Part shown: piece by piece, positions 1-52,777 of the stretch
How positions within the stretch are numbered: the stretch's first letter is position 1
Layout of the letters: each line of letters begins with the position of its first letter
From: Octopus vulgaris
Lineage: Eukaryota
Reading direction: 5' to 3'
Assembly: GCA_951406725.2 (NCBI GenBank)
Contig: OX597826.1
Span: 31,496,001 to 31,560,000 of the forward strand
Length of the DNA stretch: 64,000 bases
Position numbers and translations under genes: made by a program
Notes under the pieces: model-generated
The model's input: the letters and a program-made list of their open reading frames with translations, nothing else
What the model was told of the DNA's origin: nothing
Database searches by the model: none

Positions 1-305
1 TAATATATTTATTGTAAACATAGATATTAAAACTGACAGATGTGAATCGAACAAATATAAGGAAGAAGAATTAAGAAAAAAAACAAAGTAAAATATAGGA
101 TATGGTTTATCGAGAAATGAAGCAAAAAAAGAATTTCAGTTTTATTTCGGATCTTTGATTTTCCGAGTTAGCAAATGTGAGCTGGTGGGAAATAATGAAA
201 ATATTCTTGCTTGCAATTAGAATGATGGACGGAAAAAATAATGGTTTCAAATTTTGGCACAAAGCCAGAAATTTTGAGAGAGGGGTTCAGTCCTAGTAAA
301 ATATT

Positions 306-706
306 CGTTTCTGCTCTAGGCACAAGGCCCGAAATGTTGGTGGGATGGGGGCCAGTCGATTAGATCGACCCCAGTACGCAACTGGTACTTAATTTATCGA
401 CCTCGAAAGGATAATAGGCAAAGTCGACCTTTGAACTCGGCGGAATTTGAACTCAGAACGTAACGGCAGACGAAATACTTATTTCTTTACTACCTTCAAG
501 GGGCTAAAAACAGAAAGGAAAAACAAGGACAGATAAACGGATTAAGTCGATTATATCAACCCCAGTGCGTAACTGGTACTTATTTAATCGACCCCGAAAG
601 CATGAAAGGTAAAGTCGATTTCGGCGGAAGTTGAACTCAGAGAGTAGCGGCAGACGAAATACCGCTAAGCATTTCGCCCGGCGAATTTCTGCCAGCTCGC
701 CGCCTT
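306..706 (-). mobile_element. Dimeric tRNA-derived SINE, family 1 (Nin/Deu-domain-like core)
   Basis: Head aaggcggcgagctggcagaa, B box gagttcaa, and the core gcctttcat.ctttcggggtcgat..aagtaccag present twice. 17-bp TSD ag(t/c)cctagtaaaatatt at 289-305 and 707-723. Confidence 0.85.
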
Positions 707-749
707 AGCCCTAGTAAAATATTGTTAAATGAAAATATACTTAACTCAC

Positions 750-14422
<13,673 letters not shown>

Positions 14423-15782
14423 GTTAAAAACACAGTGTTTCTAGAATTTCGCCTCGCGCTTCAAAATTGCACTTCTTTTTACTTAAAAGATTACTTGAAA
14501 CAAAAAAGCCAGCAAAACAAGTAAAATTATTCAATAATACACACATTAAGAAGTACTTATCACATTAATATCAGACATTTTAAGTAATAAGGTCTGTTTT
14601 TATAGGATAAATATTTTTTCCCGATAGTCATTTATTTCATAAGTTCTTTAGAATCAAATTCACTATGTAATATGAGTTTCGTCCTCGGGTAGTAAGTGTT
14701 ATTTCTTATCTAATTACTCCTAGAAAGTATTAAAAATGGCTAATATTTCCTTTAAACTTTGCGTTTGTTACAGTTATTTAAATCTCAATGAATCCCTCTC
14801 AACACATGGCTAGCATGTTCTCAAACAACTCCTGCTCACCAGGGATGCACATATTGCCAACCACTACGAGACATGCTCAAGTAGTTAAGGTCAAGCAACT
14901 GAAAGCAAACCTGTGGTTTTGAGCAGAATATTTGCTATAACGATATTTCTGCTTCAGCAACTGAGCGCTGAATCTGTCTGAAATGTAATGGAAAATAAGT
15001 CAGTTTGAAACTATTGATGTCCAGGTTACAAAAGCAAAGTTTGAAGGGAATAGCAGTCATTTCATATGATTTTTTGATAGAAACAAACAAGAAATAAAAC
15101 TTACTAACCAAAGACAAAAAAGAAAAAAAAATGTTACAGTGTTACAAATGATATATTCTCAATCATCTTAAGGCGCATGGCTTAGTGGTTAGAGTGTAGA
15201 ACTTATGATCATAAGATTGTGGCCTTGATTCCTGAACCGGACGATGCTTTCTGATCCTGTTCACGTTGCTCCACTCCACTCGCCTGGCAAAAATGAGTAA
15301 TCTAACAATTTAGATATTGTTAGATATTGCGATATCTAACAATATACTGATGTTGTTAGCTATTGTGATATCTGACAATATCAAGACTATAAAATTAATT
15401 TTGATTCCTGAAATCTGTAATCCTTTAGTGAAATATAAACTGACGAATCAGATTACTTTATCGTAAACTGCTTGGGTTCAGCACATAGTTTTCTGTAACG
15501 GTTACTGTGATGGGAATAAATATTTATGAACACTAATATTAAAATCTGATGTATGCTATAAATAATATCTATAGTTTAAGGACTTCAACACATACTGAAG
15601 ATTAGTTTTAATACCCATTGTTTGGAAATGAACACAGAAATATACATGCAAATTAACAAACAGGCAAAATTAACAGGGACACGCAGTCCCAACGAATAAT
15701 TTCATCCAATCATTTAACGATATGAACGTTAATAATAGAGTAATAATGATAATCCATCTCCATATATACATACATACATACA

Positions 15783-15818
<36 letters not shown>

Positions 15819-15929
15819 TAGGGAGAGTTTACGAAAAAAACGAAAGACGAAGACAGGTGGTGTACAAAACAAACAGATGTTGTGGCTAACGATCTATCAT
15901 GGCGACTGATATATATATATATATATATA

Positions 15930-15957
15930 TCTTTATATATATAAAACTGAGAATGTG

Positions 15958-15992
<35 letters not shown>

Positions 15993-17143
15993 GTGTTTCC
16001 CTAAAATTTGAGAACTACACAACCAATTTCATTCAAATTTTACATATGCCTTACTTAGGTTCCGGAGAGTGTCATCGGCAAAAAAACTTTTTGACTTTTA
16101 GCCTAGGGCGAGCCCACAGCAATATCATATCTTCTCCACTACGATTCCCTAAAACTTGAGAACTACAAAACCAATTCCATTCAAATTTTACACATGCCTT
16201 ACTTAGGGTCCATGTAGTTTCATGGGCAAAAGAAAATGTTCAACTTCTTGCCTAGAGCGAGCCCATAGCAATATCATATCTTCTCCACTATTTCAATATT
16301 ACGTGTTAAAAGTGAAACAAAAACGTTTCTCTATTATATGTCAGATACTTTCACTTTAACAATAAAAATTAGAGATAATAATAAAAATTGAATTATATGT
16401 AGTAAGTAATAATTAAAATCAAACTAAAGTATAATATAATCGTAACATAACAAAAGTAAAAATAGCAATTGGTATAAAATTGCATCAATGACTTGAACTT
16501 GAATAAGTGGTTTCACATGTATGGGAATAAATTAAAAATAAAATTAGCGTGCAGAAATAGAATAGTCCAGATGGATAGAAAAAAATTAAATTAAAGAAAA
16601 GACTATTGTCTATAAAGTATACAATGTAGAGAAAAAAAAAGATTTGAACATATGGAGGAAAGCACCTTCGAAAAGTGTCTTGGTGCGACTATGAAAGGTA
16701 TCTAATCAAAGGCGGTAAATTCGCCACAATAGAAGCAAGGTTCGAGTCAACGGAGCGTGCAAGGGAGTACTCGACTCGAACTTGTAAAGTGTAAATATTT
16801 TATTTTTACCTTTATATCTGGGACATAGAGGACGTCCAGGTAAAAATGCCCCTCCCCCCTAAAAGTAGAGGTAGGCTGGATTGTAGCCACACTTCTATAC
16901 AAGAGAGAGGACAAGATACAGTTGATCGAAATTACAAGAGACGTGCTAACAATTCCAGTCTGTTATATATTTTGAGTATTGTTATCACTAGCGATATCAA
17001 GATATAACTTTGTAATTTGTATTTTATGTGTATATATATATATATATAGATGTACATGTAATACGTACACACATATATATATATATACACATATATACAT
17101 GCACTAGCACTATGACCCTGCAACGACGGGTCTGTAATGCTAG
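15930..17143 (+). mobile_element. Non-autonomous Helitron
   Basis: A|TC-tttatatatataaa start, (CTGT)n, an internal duplication of about 150 bp (16000-16290), 3' hairpin gaccc..gggtc and CTAG|T. Confidence 0.78.
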
Positions 17144-17425
17144 TATATATATAAGAGAAAGGTTGAGTTCAGTAGGGGCGGGGTGTCAAAGTTAGATTTT
17201 TTAATAAAGATTCTTCATAAATTTGTAGCTTGCTATTGCAAGTATTTTATTAAAAATATGAAAATTTTACAAGTATAAGGTGTATTATGAGCAATTATAG
17301 AACACAGTCCCATATTTTAATAAAATTTTAATGTTATCAAACTTTTAATATCTCTTCTCCATCTTTAATTGTTTATTGAGTTTACATAGGACCGTGTTCT
17401 ATAATTGCTAATTTTACACCTTATA

Positions 17426-17474
<49 letters not shown>

Positions 17475-17476
<2 letters not shown>

Positions 17477-18129
17477 ATAATAAAAGATGAAATTAATTAA
17501 TCAATCAATAATTAATAATTTTACCAAGTAGTTCGGTATGTTAAAAGAACAATTATCGGTAAACTTATACAAAAAGTCTATAATTATGAGCATAATTATA
17601 ATTAGGGTTCAGCAAGTTTTGCTTCACCACATACCGAAATTTAGAAATAGCAGTTAAAATACTTTTCTACTACCATAAGATATCTCCCAGGCAGCAATAC
17701 TCATGGTAGTAGAATAGTATTTTAACTGTAATTACTATATTTCGGTATGTGGTGAAGCAAATTTTGCTGAACCCTAATTATAATTATGCTCATAATTATA
17801 TAATTCATATATATATATATATATTACTTTATATAATTAGGGTTCAGTAAAAAAATTTACTTTACCACACACCAAACTTTTAGAAATAGCAGCCCAAAAA
17901 ATTTAACTATTTCCTCTACTATAAGAAAAGTCTCCCAGACAATGTATAATAGTTAAATTTTTTGGCTGCTTTTTCTAAAAGTTCGGTGTGTGGTAAAGTA
18001 ATTTTTTTTACTGAACCCTAATTATATAACGTAATGTTTTAAATATACCGTAAATGGTCTTTTTACATACTGAACACTACTTGGTGAAATTATTAATTAA
18101 TAATTAATTAATTTTACCCTTTTATTATT

Positions 18130-18130
<1 letters not shown>
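17475..18130. repeat. Compound fold-back: two related long hairpins between (TA)n tracts
   Basis: Hairpins at about 17579-17800 and 17825-18035. The outer flanks (17485-17570 and 18045-18125) are also inverted relative to each other. Confidence 0.85.
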
Positions 18131-18189
<59 letters not shown>

Positions 18190-18495
18190 GTACTAAACTA
18201 AAATCAGAGATAGAAAAACATCAGAAATAACAGAAATCTAATTGATCAAAAGAGAATTATGTACATACCTCAGGTGTACGTAGATGTACCTGTGGAGATA
18301 GTAGAAATTAGCAGTAAACTATGAAATCATAAATAATAGTTACACACTTTTAATGTAATCATAACATTAAATGATAACAGTAAATTAAATAAATAAATAA
18401 ATAAACTAATATCCATAACTTTGTTAAACTAATATACTTAGTGGCCAATGCATTCACAAGACACCTTACTGGGTTTAAGTTAATTTTCCCAACTA

Positions 18496-18529
<34 letters not shown>

Positions 18530-18559
18530 TATCTCTCTCTCTCTCTCTCTCTCTCCTTA

Positions 18560-18593
<34 letters not shown>

Positions 18594-19390
18594 ATGTATT
18601 CGCTCGATTTTATGTTATATATTTGTCAGAGTACATCTAACTTCACGTGTAAGTTTATGTATTTATGAGCAGACATGTGTGTTTGTGAAAACAGTTCACA
18701 CCGAAAACATAAATATTTGAATATTTGTGTTGATTTGAAGTGAATTTCTATTCAAATTATGTAACAATATTTATCAAGCTGTTGTCCTCCACATGCAATA
18801 AACCACATGCAATTTCGATCCTGGTTACATGACAATGGGTTTCTATGTTTCTGCCTCTGTATCTTTCACTCAATGCGAAATGACCTAGCCTCATTTCAGT
18901 GTAATTAGTAACCCAGATGTTAATTATGAATAAATTCGTTCACAATTTCTTTCATGTTGCGTAAACCGAAAACTAGTATTCGATGAAGTGGAAACGAGTT
19001 AAATAACTGACTGTTAAGCTGACACATATTTTCTTAGCTGTAATACCTGTTTGAAAATACCCAACTCGAAATAAATAGGTAGACAAAAGACAAATTTAGT
19101 CAAATATTAATACTAGTTTCATTGTTTCCTTATGAATGTGAGGCAACTGGTAATATGTTTCGGTCTTATTACACCCGCTTCTGAAAATGAAAAGATATGT
19201 TTTGTAACGGTATTTTAGGTGGAGTCATTGGTCACCATTTATAACAGTTTGTATTATGATAATTGCTGGAGGTCGGCAGTTACAAACTGTAACGGAGGTT
19301 TCCAAATGTAAAGCCTTTGTTACGTGGATGATGTTTATGAAGAACAGTGATAGAAGTTGTAAACAAAGATTTATTTACCGTTATATATTT

Positions 19391-19797
19391 ATTTCTTTAT
19401 TGACCTCAAGGGGCTAAACATAGAGGGGACAAACAAGGACAGACAAAGGGACTAAGTCGATGACATCGACCCCAGTGCGAAATTGGTACTTTATTTATCG
19501 ACCCGAAAGCATGAAAGGCAAAGTCGACCTCGGCGGAATTTGAACTCAGAACGTAACGACAGACGAAATACCTATTTCTTTACTACCCACAAGGGGCTAA
19601 ACACAGAGGGGACATACAAGAACAGACAAACGGATTAAGTCGATTACATCGATCAGTGCGTAACTGGTACTTATTTAATCGAAAGGATGAAAGGCAAAGT
19701 CGACCTCGGCGGAAGTTGAACTCAGAACGTAACGGCAGACGTAATACGGCTACGCATTTAGCCCGGCGTGCTAACGTTTCTGCCGGCTCACCGCCTT
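19391..19797 (-). mobile_element. Dimeric SINE family 1
   Basis: Two cores. A flanking duplication of about 26 bp: caaagatttatttaccgtta(t/c)atatt. Confidence 0.85.
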
Positions 19798-20768
19798 GCA
19801 AAGATTTATTTACCGTTACATATTGTTATATAGCCAAACCACGACACAAATCGGCTTGGCAAAGCCATATGTTAAATGTAACTGCTGTCAACCATTGTTT
19901 TTCTGTGAGAAAAATGCTGTAGCAATGTTAAGAGAAATTGGCAAATTCCGGTTCGAATCTACCCTATGTCTAAATGAAGTCACTACAGCTTATTTGCTTT
20001 TATCTGTGTATTACTATCATAAGTGCAGAAGACCTGATGCGAAAGGTAACTTAAACAAGGTCATAGTCTTGTTTTCACTTTCCCTTTAGAGTCGCTAATT
20101 TAAACCTTTTGATACTGACCCACTTGAAATTACACCTGGTTATATGAAGCTATGTGTTTTAAATTAAAACAACCCATTAAAATGTTATGCTAATTTATGT
20201 TCTAAATGCCAACTTAATGGTGACAAGGTTATTTTAGTAAATTTTTCATTATTCTAAAAGTGAATTGAAACAAAAGCATTGGATTTCAACAGAGATATAG
20301 TAAGAAAAGCGTATAAACTCATTTTATGACCACGGTTTGCAGAATGCTGGCGTAATTCTACATGTCAGAGCATACACTTTATCGACAGCTATTACGAGAA
20401 GCCAGGGGACATGCCTCACCCTTTCTGATGGCTTTAATTATCGAGTCGAACATTTGAAACGAATCAGAGCTGATCTGACAACAGCTATTTTTTAACTGAA
20501 ATCTCCCGATGCATTCAGTCGAATACATTCTCCTCTTTTTGTTGATATTGAAACTGTTGCAGTATGTATACAGTGTGAGTCTCGCATGAGTTCGTAGAAG
20601 GATCGTAAATGTTAGGAGTAAAAATATTTCGTATAGTGAAGAGAAAGGTCTGTTTTTGACGCACGCCATTTTTCTCTATTGGGGACGAGCGTTGTTCCAT
20701 TGAGTTCCTCAGTGATGGGGAAGCCTAGAGATTTCAAACGATCTTGTGGATTGTATTTGCGTGATATT

Positions 20769-20825
<57 letters not shown>

Positions 20826-21253
20826 GTCGGATATTGTTTTCTAGATATGGGAACTGATTCTGTCTTTGTTTTGATGTAACTGAAGAAACTTTTCGATGAA
20901 ATCAGTGCAAATCTGGAAGGTGGTACCGTGGTTTCAAGTCATTACTGGGTGAGTGGAGACGGAGAAGATCTGGTAAATGAAGGACTGTATTATCTACAAA
21001 GTAGTGGAAGGTTCGAGAGGATGGAGGCATATAGTCCACTGATGCTTAGGAAAGATTTTGTGAGGTGGGGAGTACAGTGCCGAAAAATGGAGCACACCAA
21101 AGTTTCTTCTTATATGAATAAATTGTATCACATTTGGTATTTCTATAAACATTTGTAGTATATATGTTTTATTTGAACATCATTCGGCTTTGGACTCAGT
21201 TTATGTAGCATTTAAACTCCTAACAAATTTTAATAGGGTCAACAACAGCTCCC

Positions 21254-21254
<1 letters not shown>

Positions 21255-21292
<38 letters not shown>

Positions 21293-21321
21293 CCACCACC
21301 ACCACCACCACCACCACCACC

Positions 21322-21352
<31 letters not shown>

Positions 21353-21390
21353 GCAGCAGCAGCAGCAGCGGCAGCAGTAGCAACATCAGC
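21255..21390. repeat. Compound trinucleotide microsatellite (CAT)n(CAC)n(CAT)n(CAG)n
   Basis: Seen directly in the sequence. Confidence 0.9.
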
Positions 21391-22199
21391 ACATACTCAC
21401 GGATACGAGGACAAACAGACACACACAAACGCACGTGCATGCAAACACACACACACATACACATATACATATATATATAATTGAAAAAAATTGGAGTCAA
21501 CAAAAAGGAGTACTGTTGGACATTTATTTTCAAACACTACAATTGTTTCTACGCAACGTAGTTCTCCAGGCCTGCAGGTACTTGATTATGCAACCGTTTC
21601 CCTGTATTTTGAGTTGAGTTTCCTCAGGTGGTATGTAAATATTGGTCTCGGCAAGTTTAAATTCTCAGCTTCAAGAGCATCCTCCCTGTCTGTTGTGGTC
21701 TGAAGTTATTAGAAACCACTGAGTTTTTCAAGGTGTGTTGCTGCTGATTATCTATTCACACACGACAGAAACCCAAACACAAATCTGGCAGTACATATTA
21801 TACTACTACTGGATAGTTCATGGAGGAATCTGAAGGTGAATGAGCTTTATACTATACTCTATTGTACTCTGCTACGTTCTTAACACAATGAACCATAACT
21901 ACCCCCACCCCAAATTTAACTACCACATAAGAAATTGCAACAGATACAAATATTGATATTATCAGGCTAAATAATATGCGCCACAGACTCAGTAATCACA
22001 AAGAAAAATGGATACTCGTTCAGATCCACCCAAACAGTAGTGTGAAAACTCAAGTAAATACCGTGGAAAACAAATATTCAGACAAAGAGAACAAGAGAAA
22101 AGATCTGTCAATCCTTATTGACATGAAAAAAAACCCCAAAAAAACAAACAAAAAAAAAACAAAACAACAGGAAAGAGAGACAAGTACTTCAGAAATATA

Positions 22200-23170
22200 A
22201 AATAACGAGATGTACTAGAAGCAAAAGAACATCTAAAGCACGAGATCCTCACTAAACCACAACGAATCCATCGCTATTAAAAACACCAACGATTCACTGA
22301 CCAAAACAACCAATTTAATTCCGACCCAAAACGATTCTACCAAGAACTTGGTGAAAATAGAATAGAGGTTAATGTACCATAAGAAGCTACAGAAACAGGA
22401 GTATTTTGAGAAGAAATATGTACTGCGAAGGAATTAGCCTAGAAAATATTAAACATAGCACCTGAACAACCTTGGACAACCGTAACAACAGAAATGACCT
22501 AAGTACTGCAAAAATCAAAAGATTTGAAGGAAAACAACCTGTTTCCAGGAGAGCAGAAGGAATTCTGCAAAAGCTCACATAGCTGTAAAGTTATTGATGA
22601 ACAAAACCATAACTGAAGAAACTGGAAAGTTTTTGAGAGTATGTCCAACACTTGGATTCTGAAAACACTAACCATCAGCAATAATGGAATATATAAAACA
22701 TGACGTGAGTAAATGGCAAATAGTTCTGAAACTACAGATAAAAATGGAATTTATAAAGATTAAACCCGTTCCCATTAGAAGAAAAATATTTGAAGGAAAC
22801 TCCCCACTCCATTCCTATTCTGTCTGGCGTTGCCGCGTTTAACCGATATGCTAAACATGACAGGATATGCATACAACTGCTAAGGTAAAACAATAAACCA
22901 TCTCTTGCATATGGACGTTCTCAAGTTGTATGCAGAAAATCATAAGTGGAAACACAACTACGGAAAATACGCAGATTTACCAAAGAGTTCAAGATGAGAT
23001 TTGCCATAGAAAAATGTGTCAAAAGGACTATGTGATTAACATCTTAAATAACATACTGAAATAAAAAAATATAGACCTGATTTACACATACATATACGTA
23101 AGCGTCAACGAATTATATGAGATACAACGCACACAAATGAAAGAAAAGCAAAGGAAGTTATGCTTTCAAC
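22200..23170 (+). mobile_element. Highly degenerate R4/Dong-like LINE RT remnant
   Basis: Traces of GIFxGxSxxPxLFCLAL and INHLLHMDVLKLYA, resembling the HLLYMDDLKLY RT motif. Confidence 0.55.
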
Positions 23171-23219
23171 ATCTTACTACATTTAAGATAATCCTTTTTA
23201 GTATCTAAATTTCATTCTT

Positions 23220-24500
23220 ATGGCCATGGACACAAACTCAGCTGCTGACACTGATGGGTTCACAGCAATACTACTCAAATCATGCAAACGAGTCCTCGCA
23301 TTACCACTGCATCTTCCTTTTCAGAGCTTCTTTGGCAGTGGTAAACTCCCAGGTAAATTGAAGGAGGGGATAATATGCCCTATCCATAAAGAAAGAATCA
23401 GTGCTAAAGCTAAAAGCCATAGGCCTTTCTCTCTGAATTCATACAACAGCGAAGTTATGAAACGAAAAAGGAACTTGACACCTTGAAGAGGATGTCTGGC
23501 TGACCGATACCAAGGATGGTGTTTTGACAATAGTGGACGCTGCATGATAACTCTTTCAGCATTACGATTGGGTATTAAAGTAGATGTTCAATAAATCAAA
23601 TGTAGATGTGGTATATCTTCAGTTTTCAAAAGACTTTGATAAAATCGATCATGGTGTGTGAAGTCACAGACTGCGTGATTTCGGCATAGTCAGAGAACTT
23701 GGAGAGAAGCTACATGATTTTTAAAAGACAGAAGTCAGACAGCGGTGGCCGATGGATCCACTATTAAAGAAACACAAATAGTGAGTGGTGTCCCACAGAT
23801 CGCTATTCATAGTGACCTCTCAGACATGCCCTCAGTGTTCAGATAGCCACCCTCCCTAGTTATGCAGACTATACAAAAGTCTCTCAGAAGACACAAGACT
23901 CTGGAGATGATGCACAACTGCACCAGGAGTTGGATGCAATATACAGGTCGGCTGAAGACAATAACATGTAGACTAATACTGGAAAATTCCAAGGCTTGCG
24001 CTATTGTCACATGACACTGAATGAAATGCAGAAAGGATACATTGGCCCTGGAGGGATTATAATCTTTGAATCAAAATGCGCGCGACAAGTGCATTGCCAT
24101 GAGTAATGGTGCATCTTTCCTGGTGCATATTATTAAGCTGGCAATAACACGCAGGCAGTTAGCCGGATGGATCCTGAGAATGTTCAGGTCGGGAGAACAG
24201 GAAACCAAGATAGTTCTCTACAAGACATTTGTCCTCAACCCTTCCCAGCGATGGCCACCACGCAGTCAAGTTAGAGGCGGTACTCGAAGCAATCCATCCA
24301 AGCTATAAAATGCGGATTGTCTTAATGTGACTGGTCAGCTGTAGAGAAAGGCCTAAAAAGTTAAGTCTCTATTCCCTAGAAAAAGGTGGGAAAGATATAC
24401 AATGATATACATTTGGTAAAATTCTGGAAGGACTTGTACAAACTTTGGCATTGAAACTCTGGCACCAGAACAGGATGCCAATGCATAATGCCTAAGAACC
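23220..24500 (+). mobile_element. Degenerate CR1-group LINE, related to 1325-3740
   Basis: MDTNSAA..DGFTAILLKSC, KLKEGIICPIHK, FSKDFDKIDHG, YADYTKV, LAGWILRMF. Colinear with the first copy. Confidence 0.8.
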
Positions 24501-25076
24501 AACCATCACCAAATTAATGTTAGTACATTGTTTACAAACAAGCACAGAAACGTCGAGTGAGTTGATATTACTAGAAATCTCGAAAGTTGAAGAATAGCTG
24601 TTTTGAAAATTTGAAAATAAATGAATATTTCAATATAAATGCGTATATCAAATGAAAGAGAAAGGAAGAAAGGAATATATTTATTTGGAGACGAAACATT
24701 TAAGAAGCTTTACTTGTCTGACATGTTTAAATATAGGAAACTGCCATTTTAATTTTAGTTTTGAATCTCACGTTCCAATTTCTATTACTAGGACCTCCAT
24801 ACAACTTTGAGAAAATAATACTAATAGTACGTTTGAACACAAAAACTTATCTTTAGTAAAATATTTTTTATTCATTTAAGTAAAATTGATGGTTACAAAA
24901 TATTGTATAGAAAAGATTTTAAAATTAACCCGTAATCACTTGAATTTCTGTCTAAAATTATCCATAGAAGAAAATCTGTGTTGACAAATTTTAAAATTAA
25001 ACCCCCGATGCATCAATAAAATGCATTTTTCTCTTTTTGCTGTCATTGAACCTTTGTTTCTTTTTGTTGTTTTACG

Positions 25077-49952
<24,876 letters not shown>

Positions 49953-51520
49953 TGTAACAACATGGATATTTTAGAACTTCTCTTCAAATTTGTTATTTTT
50001 TTTTTACCTAAAAGAATATTTCAAAGAGAAAAAAACATTAATTGAATGAGTAAAATTATTCACGTCTATTCAGAGCATACAATGTATGTCCGATGTTAAT
50101 GTAATACGGTTATTACATTAACATCGGACATTTTAGGCAAAAAGCTATATTTTCCTGGCAAGAATGGAACAGGTTTTTCAAGGATAATTTCTTTTGTTCG
50201 GCTCTCAGAGCTTCTCCGAGAACGTCGACATTTTAGTCTACCACAAATCCTCTTTAGACTGCCAACATGGAATTTTCACGGACCGCGCCGCCCGACTGGT
50301 TGAGGGCTGTGGGGGCTTCACGGCATTTTAGATTTCAAGCATCCTATTTCAGTCTATGCTTCTTCTCGACAGCAATTCTATGAATGAGACGAACTGCGGA
50401 AAAGCGCGTTTCATAAATGGCGACATCACCTGCCCCCGCTAAGAAATTACTGGAGATGTGTCCTGAGCGGATGTCTGTGTATTATCATTCACCGCATGAC
50501 CAGTCCTCTTCGCAGTGGAAGGTACAAAATGGTTCCTGGGTTTCTAATATCTATTGTGCAGAACCTACTGACGTTGTGATGGTGGTGTTGGTGGTGGTAT
50601 CTTCACTTTTGATCCCAACGTCGCCATTTGCTGCAACGGTTGTGCTCGGGTTGCTGACGATAGTGATGATGTCACTGTAGCTGTCATTTTCTTGACTTTC
50701 GACTTACGGGTGTATTGAGATTGGAATAAGTCGATGTAAAATTAAAACAAACAAAATGAGAAACGTCAAAGCAGAGTCCGTGTGAATAAAAATTACAGAA
50801 AAAGACAGGATAAATATGAGAACAAGATGTATACGAGGGTAGATAACATTACTCACTGTCCAAAAGTCGGCATTCCTATAGTCAGATTCCGTATTCAAAG
50901 CAAGACATTTTTTCTACAATAGACAACTGAAGTAGTAAACAATTTGCACAGAACAATAGACTCACATGTGTAAGACACACATTCTAAGCATCCTATTAAT
51001 ATAAAGCACAAAATCTATACAAATCAAACAGAACATATGCTATGCACAGACAGACAACACAACCCAATAAGATAATGCAACTCAAACTATGGACTTAAAC
51101 TGTAGGTCAGAAGAAACACTAAACTAACACCAGAGACAATGAAACCAAACAGCATTGAAGGAAAAAAATACAAATCAATATACAAATTTTGCACCAAGAA
51201 AAGAAAGAAAAATCTGCACGCCTATCAGGTACACAGAGATGCACCAGGTGGTGCAGTAGAAACTAACTGTAAACTGTTGAAAACATTATAATAGTAGCAG
51301 GCTACAAGATTGACATTATAGTAGATATAGCAACAAACGATATTAATGATTGATTTTTACATTTTCTAAATCAGCACAATCTAAATACAAATAACATTGC
51401 ATTGATATATCTGGTGACCATAACATTGACAACATAAATAACTGTTTCATAAAAAACACTGTTTTCTTTCAACCCCTTGATACATTTCAGGCAAACTTTC
51501 CAAGTTTATTCTGGTATATA

Positions 51521-52770
51521 CACACACATGTTAGAAGTATATAGACACCTCATAAAACATCGTTTTCTGTTTATTCTAATTTGTAAAGGTTTACATTCTT
51601 TATTAATTGTCATTTTTATGTTTCAGATACTATATGTGACTGTTTAATCATGCCATGTACAAATGAAGCCTTGGAATTGTCTGAATTTCAAAGAGGCCGT
51701 TTTGTGGTTCATTCAGAAGGTGGATATAGTCAGCGTAAAATCGCAGAAAACCTTGGGATCCCGCTTTCTACGGTTAATAGAGTGATTGTGCAATTCCCCA
51801 GAGAGAGGAAGGAGTCAACATCACCTTGTCCAGATCAACCAGGGCCCTCTGATAGGACCCTTCTCTTTGCTAAGGGAAGTGTGGAGGATAATCCTCGTTG
51901 CAAGACCTCTGGCATAGCAGAGCAAGTTGATGTCACTCCCAGAATAGCTGTCAGGTATCTCCACGAACTTAGTTACTATAGTAGAGCAGGAAGAATGAAG
52001 CAACATCTTTGACCAGCCAATATGAAGCGGAGAAAAGATTGGGCCAGTGAAAATGGGGGAGAGGCCATTAGCATTTTGGGACACTGTCATATTCTCCGAT
52101 GAGTTCAGATTTGCTGTATTTCCTAACAGTGGTCGAGTGTGGGTCTGTAGACTCTGTGATCAAGAATTTGATGTGAAAAGTTTGCAACCAGCAATGAAAC
52201 ACATTCTGTGATGGTCTAGGGAACAATTTGGAGCAATGGCTGATCAGAGCTGGTGGAGTGTGATGGAAAGATAAACTCAAATAAATATATGTCCATATTG
52301 CACTCCATTTGGACTCCTTCCAAACTTCTCTGCTGGTGAAATAATTAAAAAATACTTTATTTATGGAAGATGGGATTCCTTGTCACACGGTTAAAATGAC
52401 CCAAGATTTGTTGGAAAAGAATGGCTTTAGAAAACTTCCATAGCCAAGCCAGTCACCAGATATGAACCCTATAGAACACCTTTGGGGCATAATGGAGAGA
52501 AGATTTCATAAACAGAACAAGAAAGCATCTTCAAAGCCAGATCTTTTGAGATTATTGCATGAAACTTAGCAAGAAATTCCGCAAGAGAATATTTACCATC
52601 AGATCAGTAACATGCCTAATAGGGCCCTAGCATTGAAAAATGAAAAGAGCATGTCTACTGAATATTAAATGTTCACATTATAACAACTAGCAAACAATTT
52701 GAATGTATAATTTCAGATTTAAATAAATTTTGATAATTATAAGTGTGTCTATTTACTTCTTTCATGTCAC
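51521..52770 (+). mobile_element. Tc1 (DD34E) transposon, near full length, inactivated
   Basis: [32 protein letters not shown]. Catalytic FSDEFRF, FMEDGIPCH and SPDMNPIEHLW with a D-34-E spacing. Decayed TIRs acatg..agaagta.atagacac. Internal stops. Confidence 0.88.
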
Positions 52771-52777
52771 CTAGAAA

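Noticed and set aside
20330-20720. Penelope GIY-YIG remnant
   Set aside because: Only a vague peptide resemblance, with no reliable motif.
21190-21533. Poly-I/T/S and poly-M/V ORFs
   Set aside because: Trinucleotide microsatellite with no splice or homology support.
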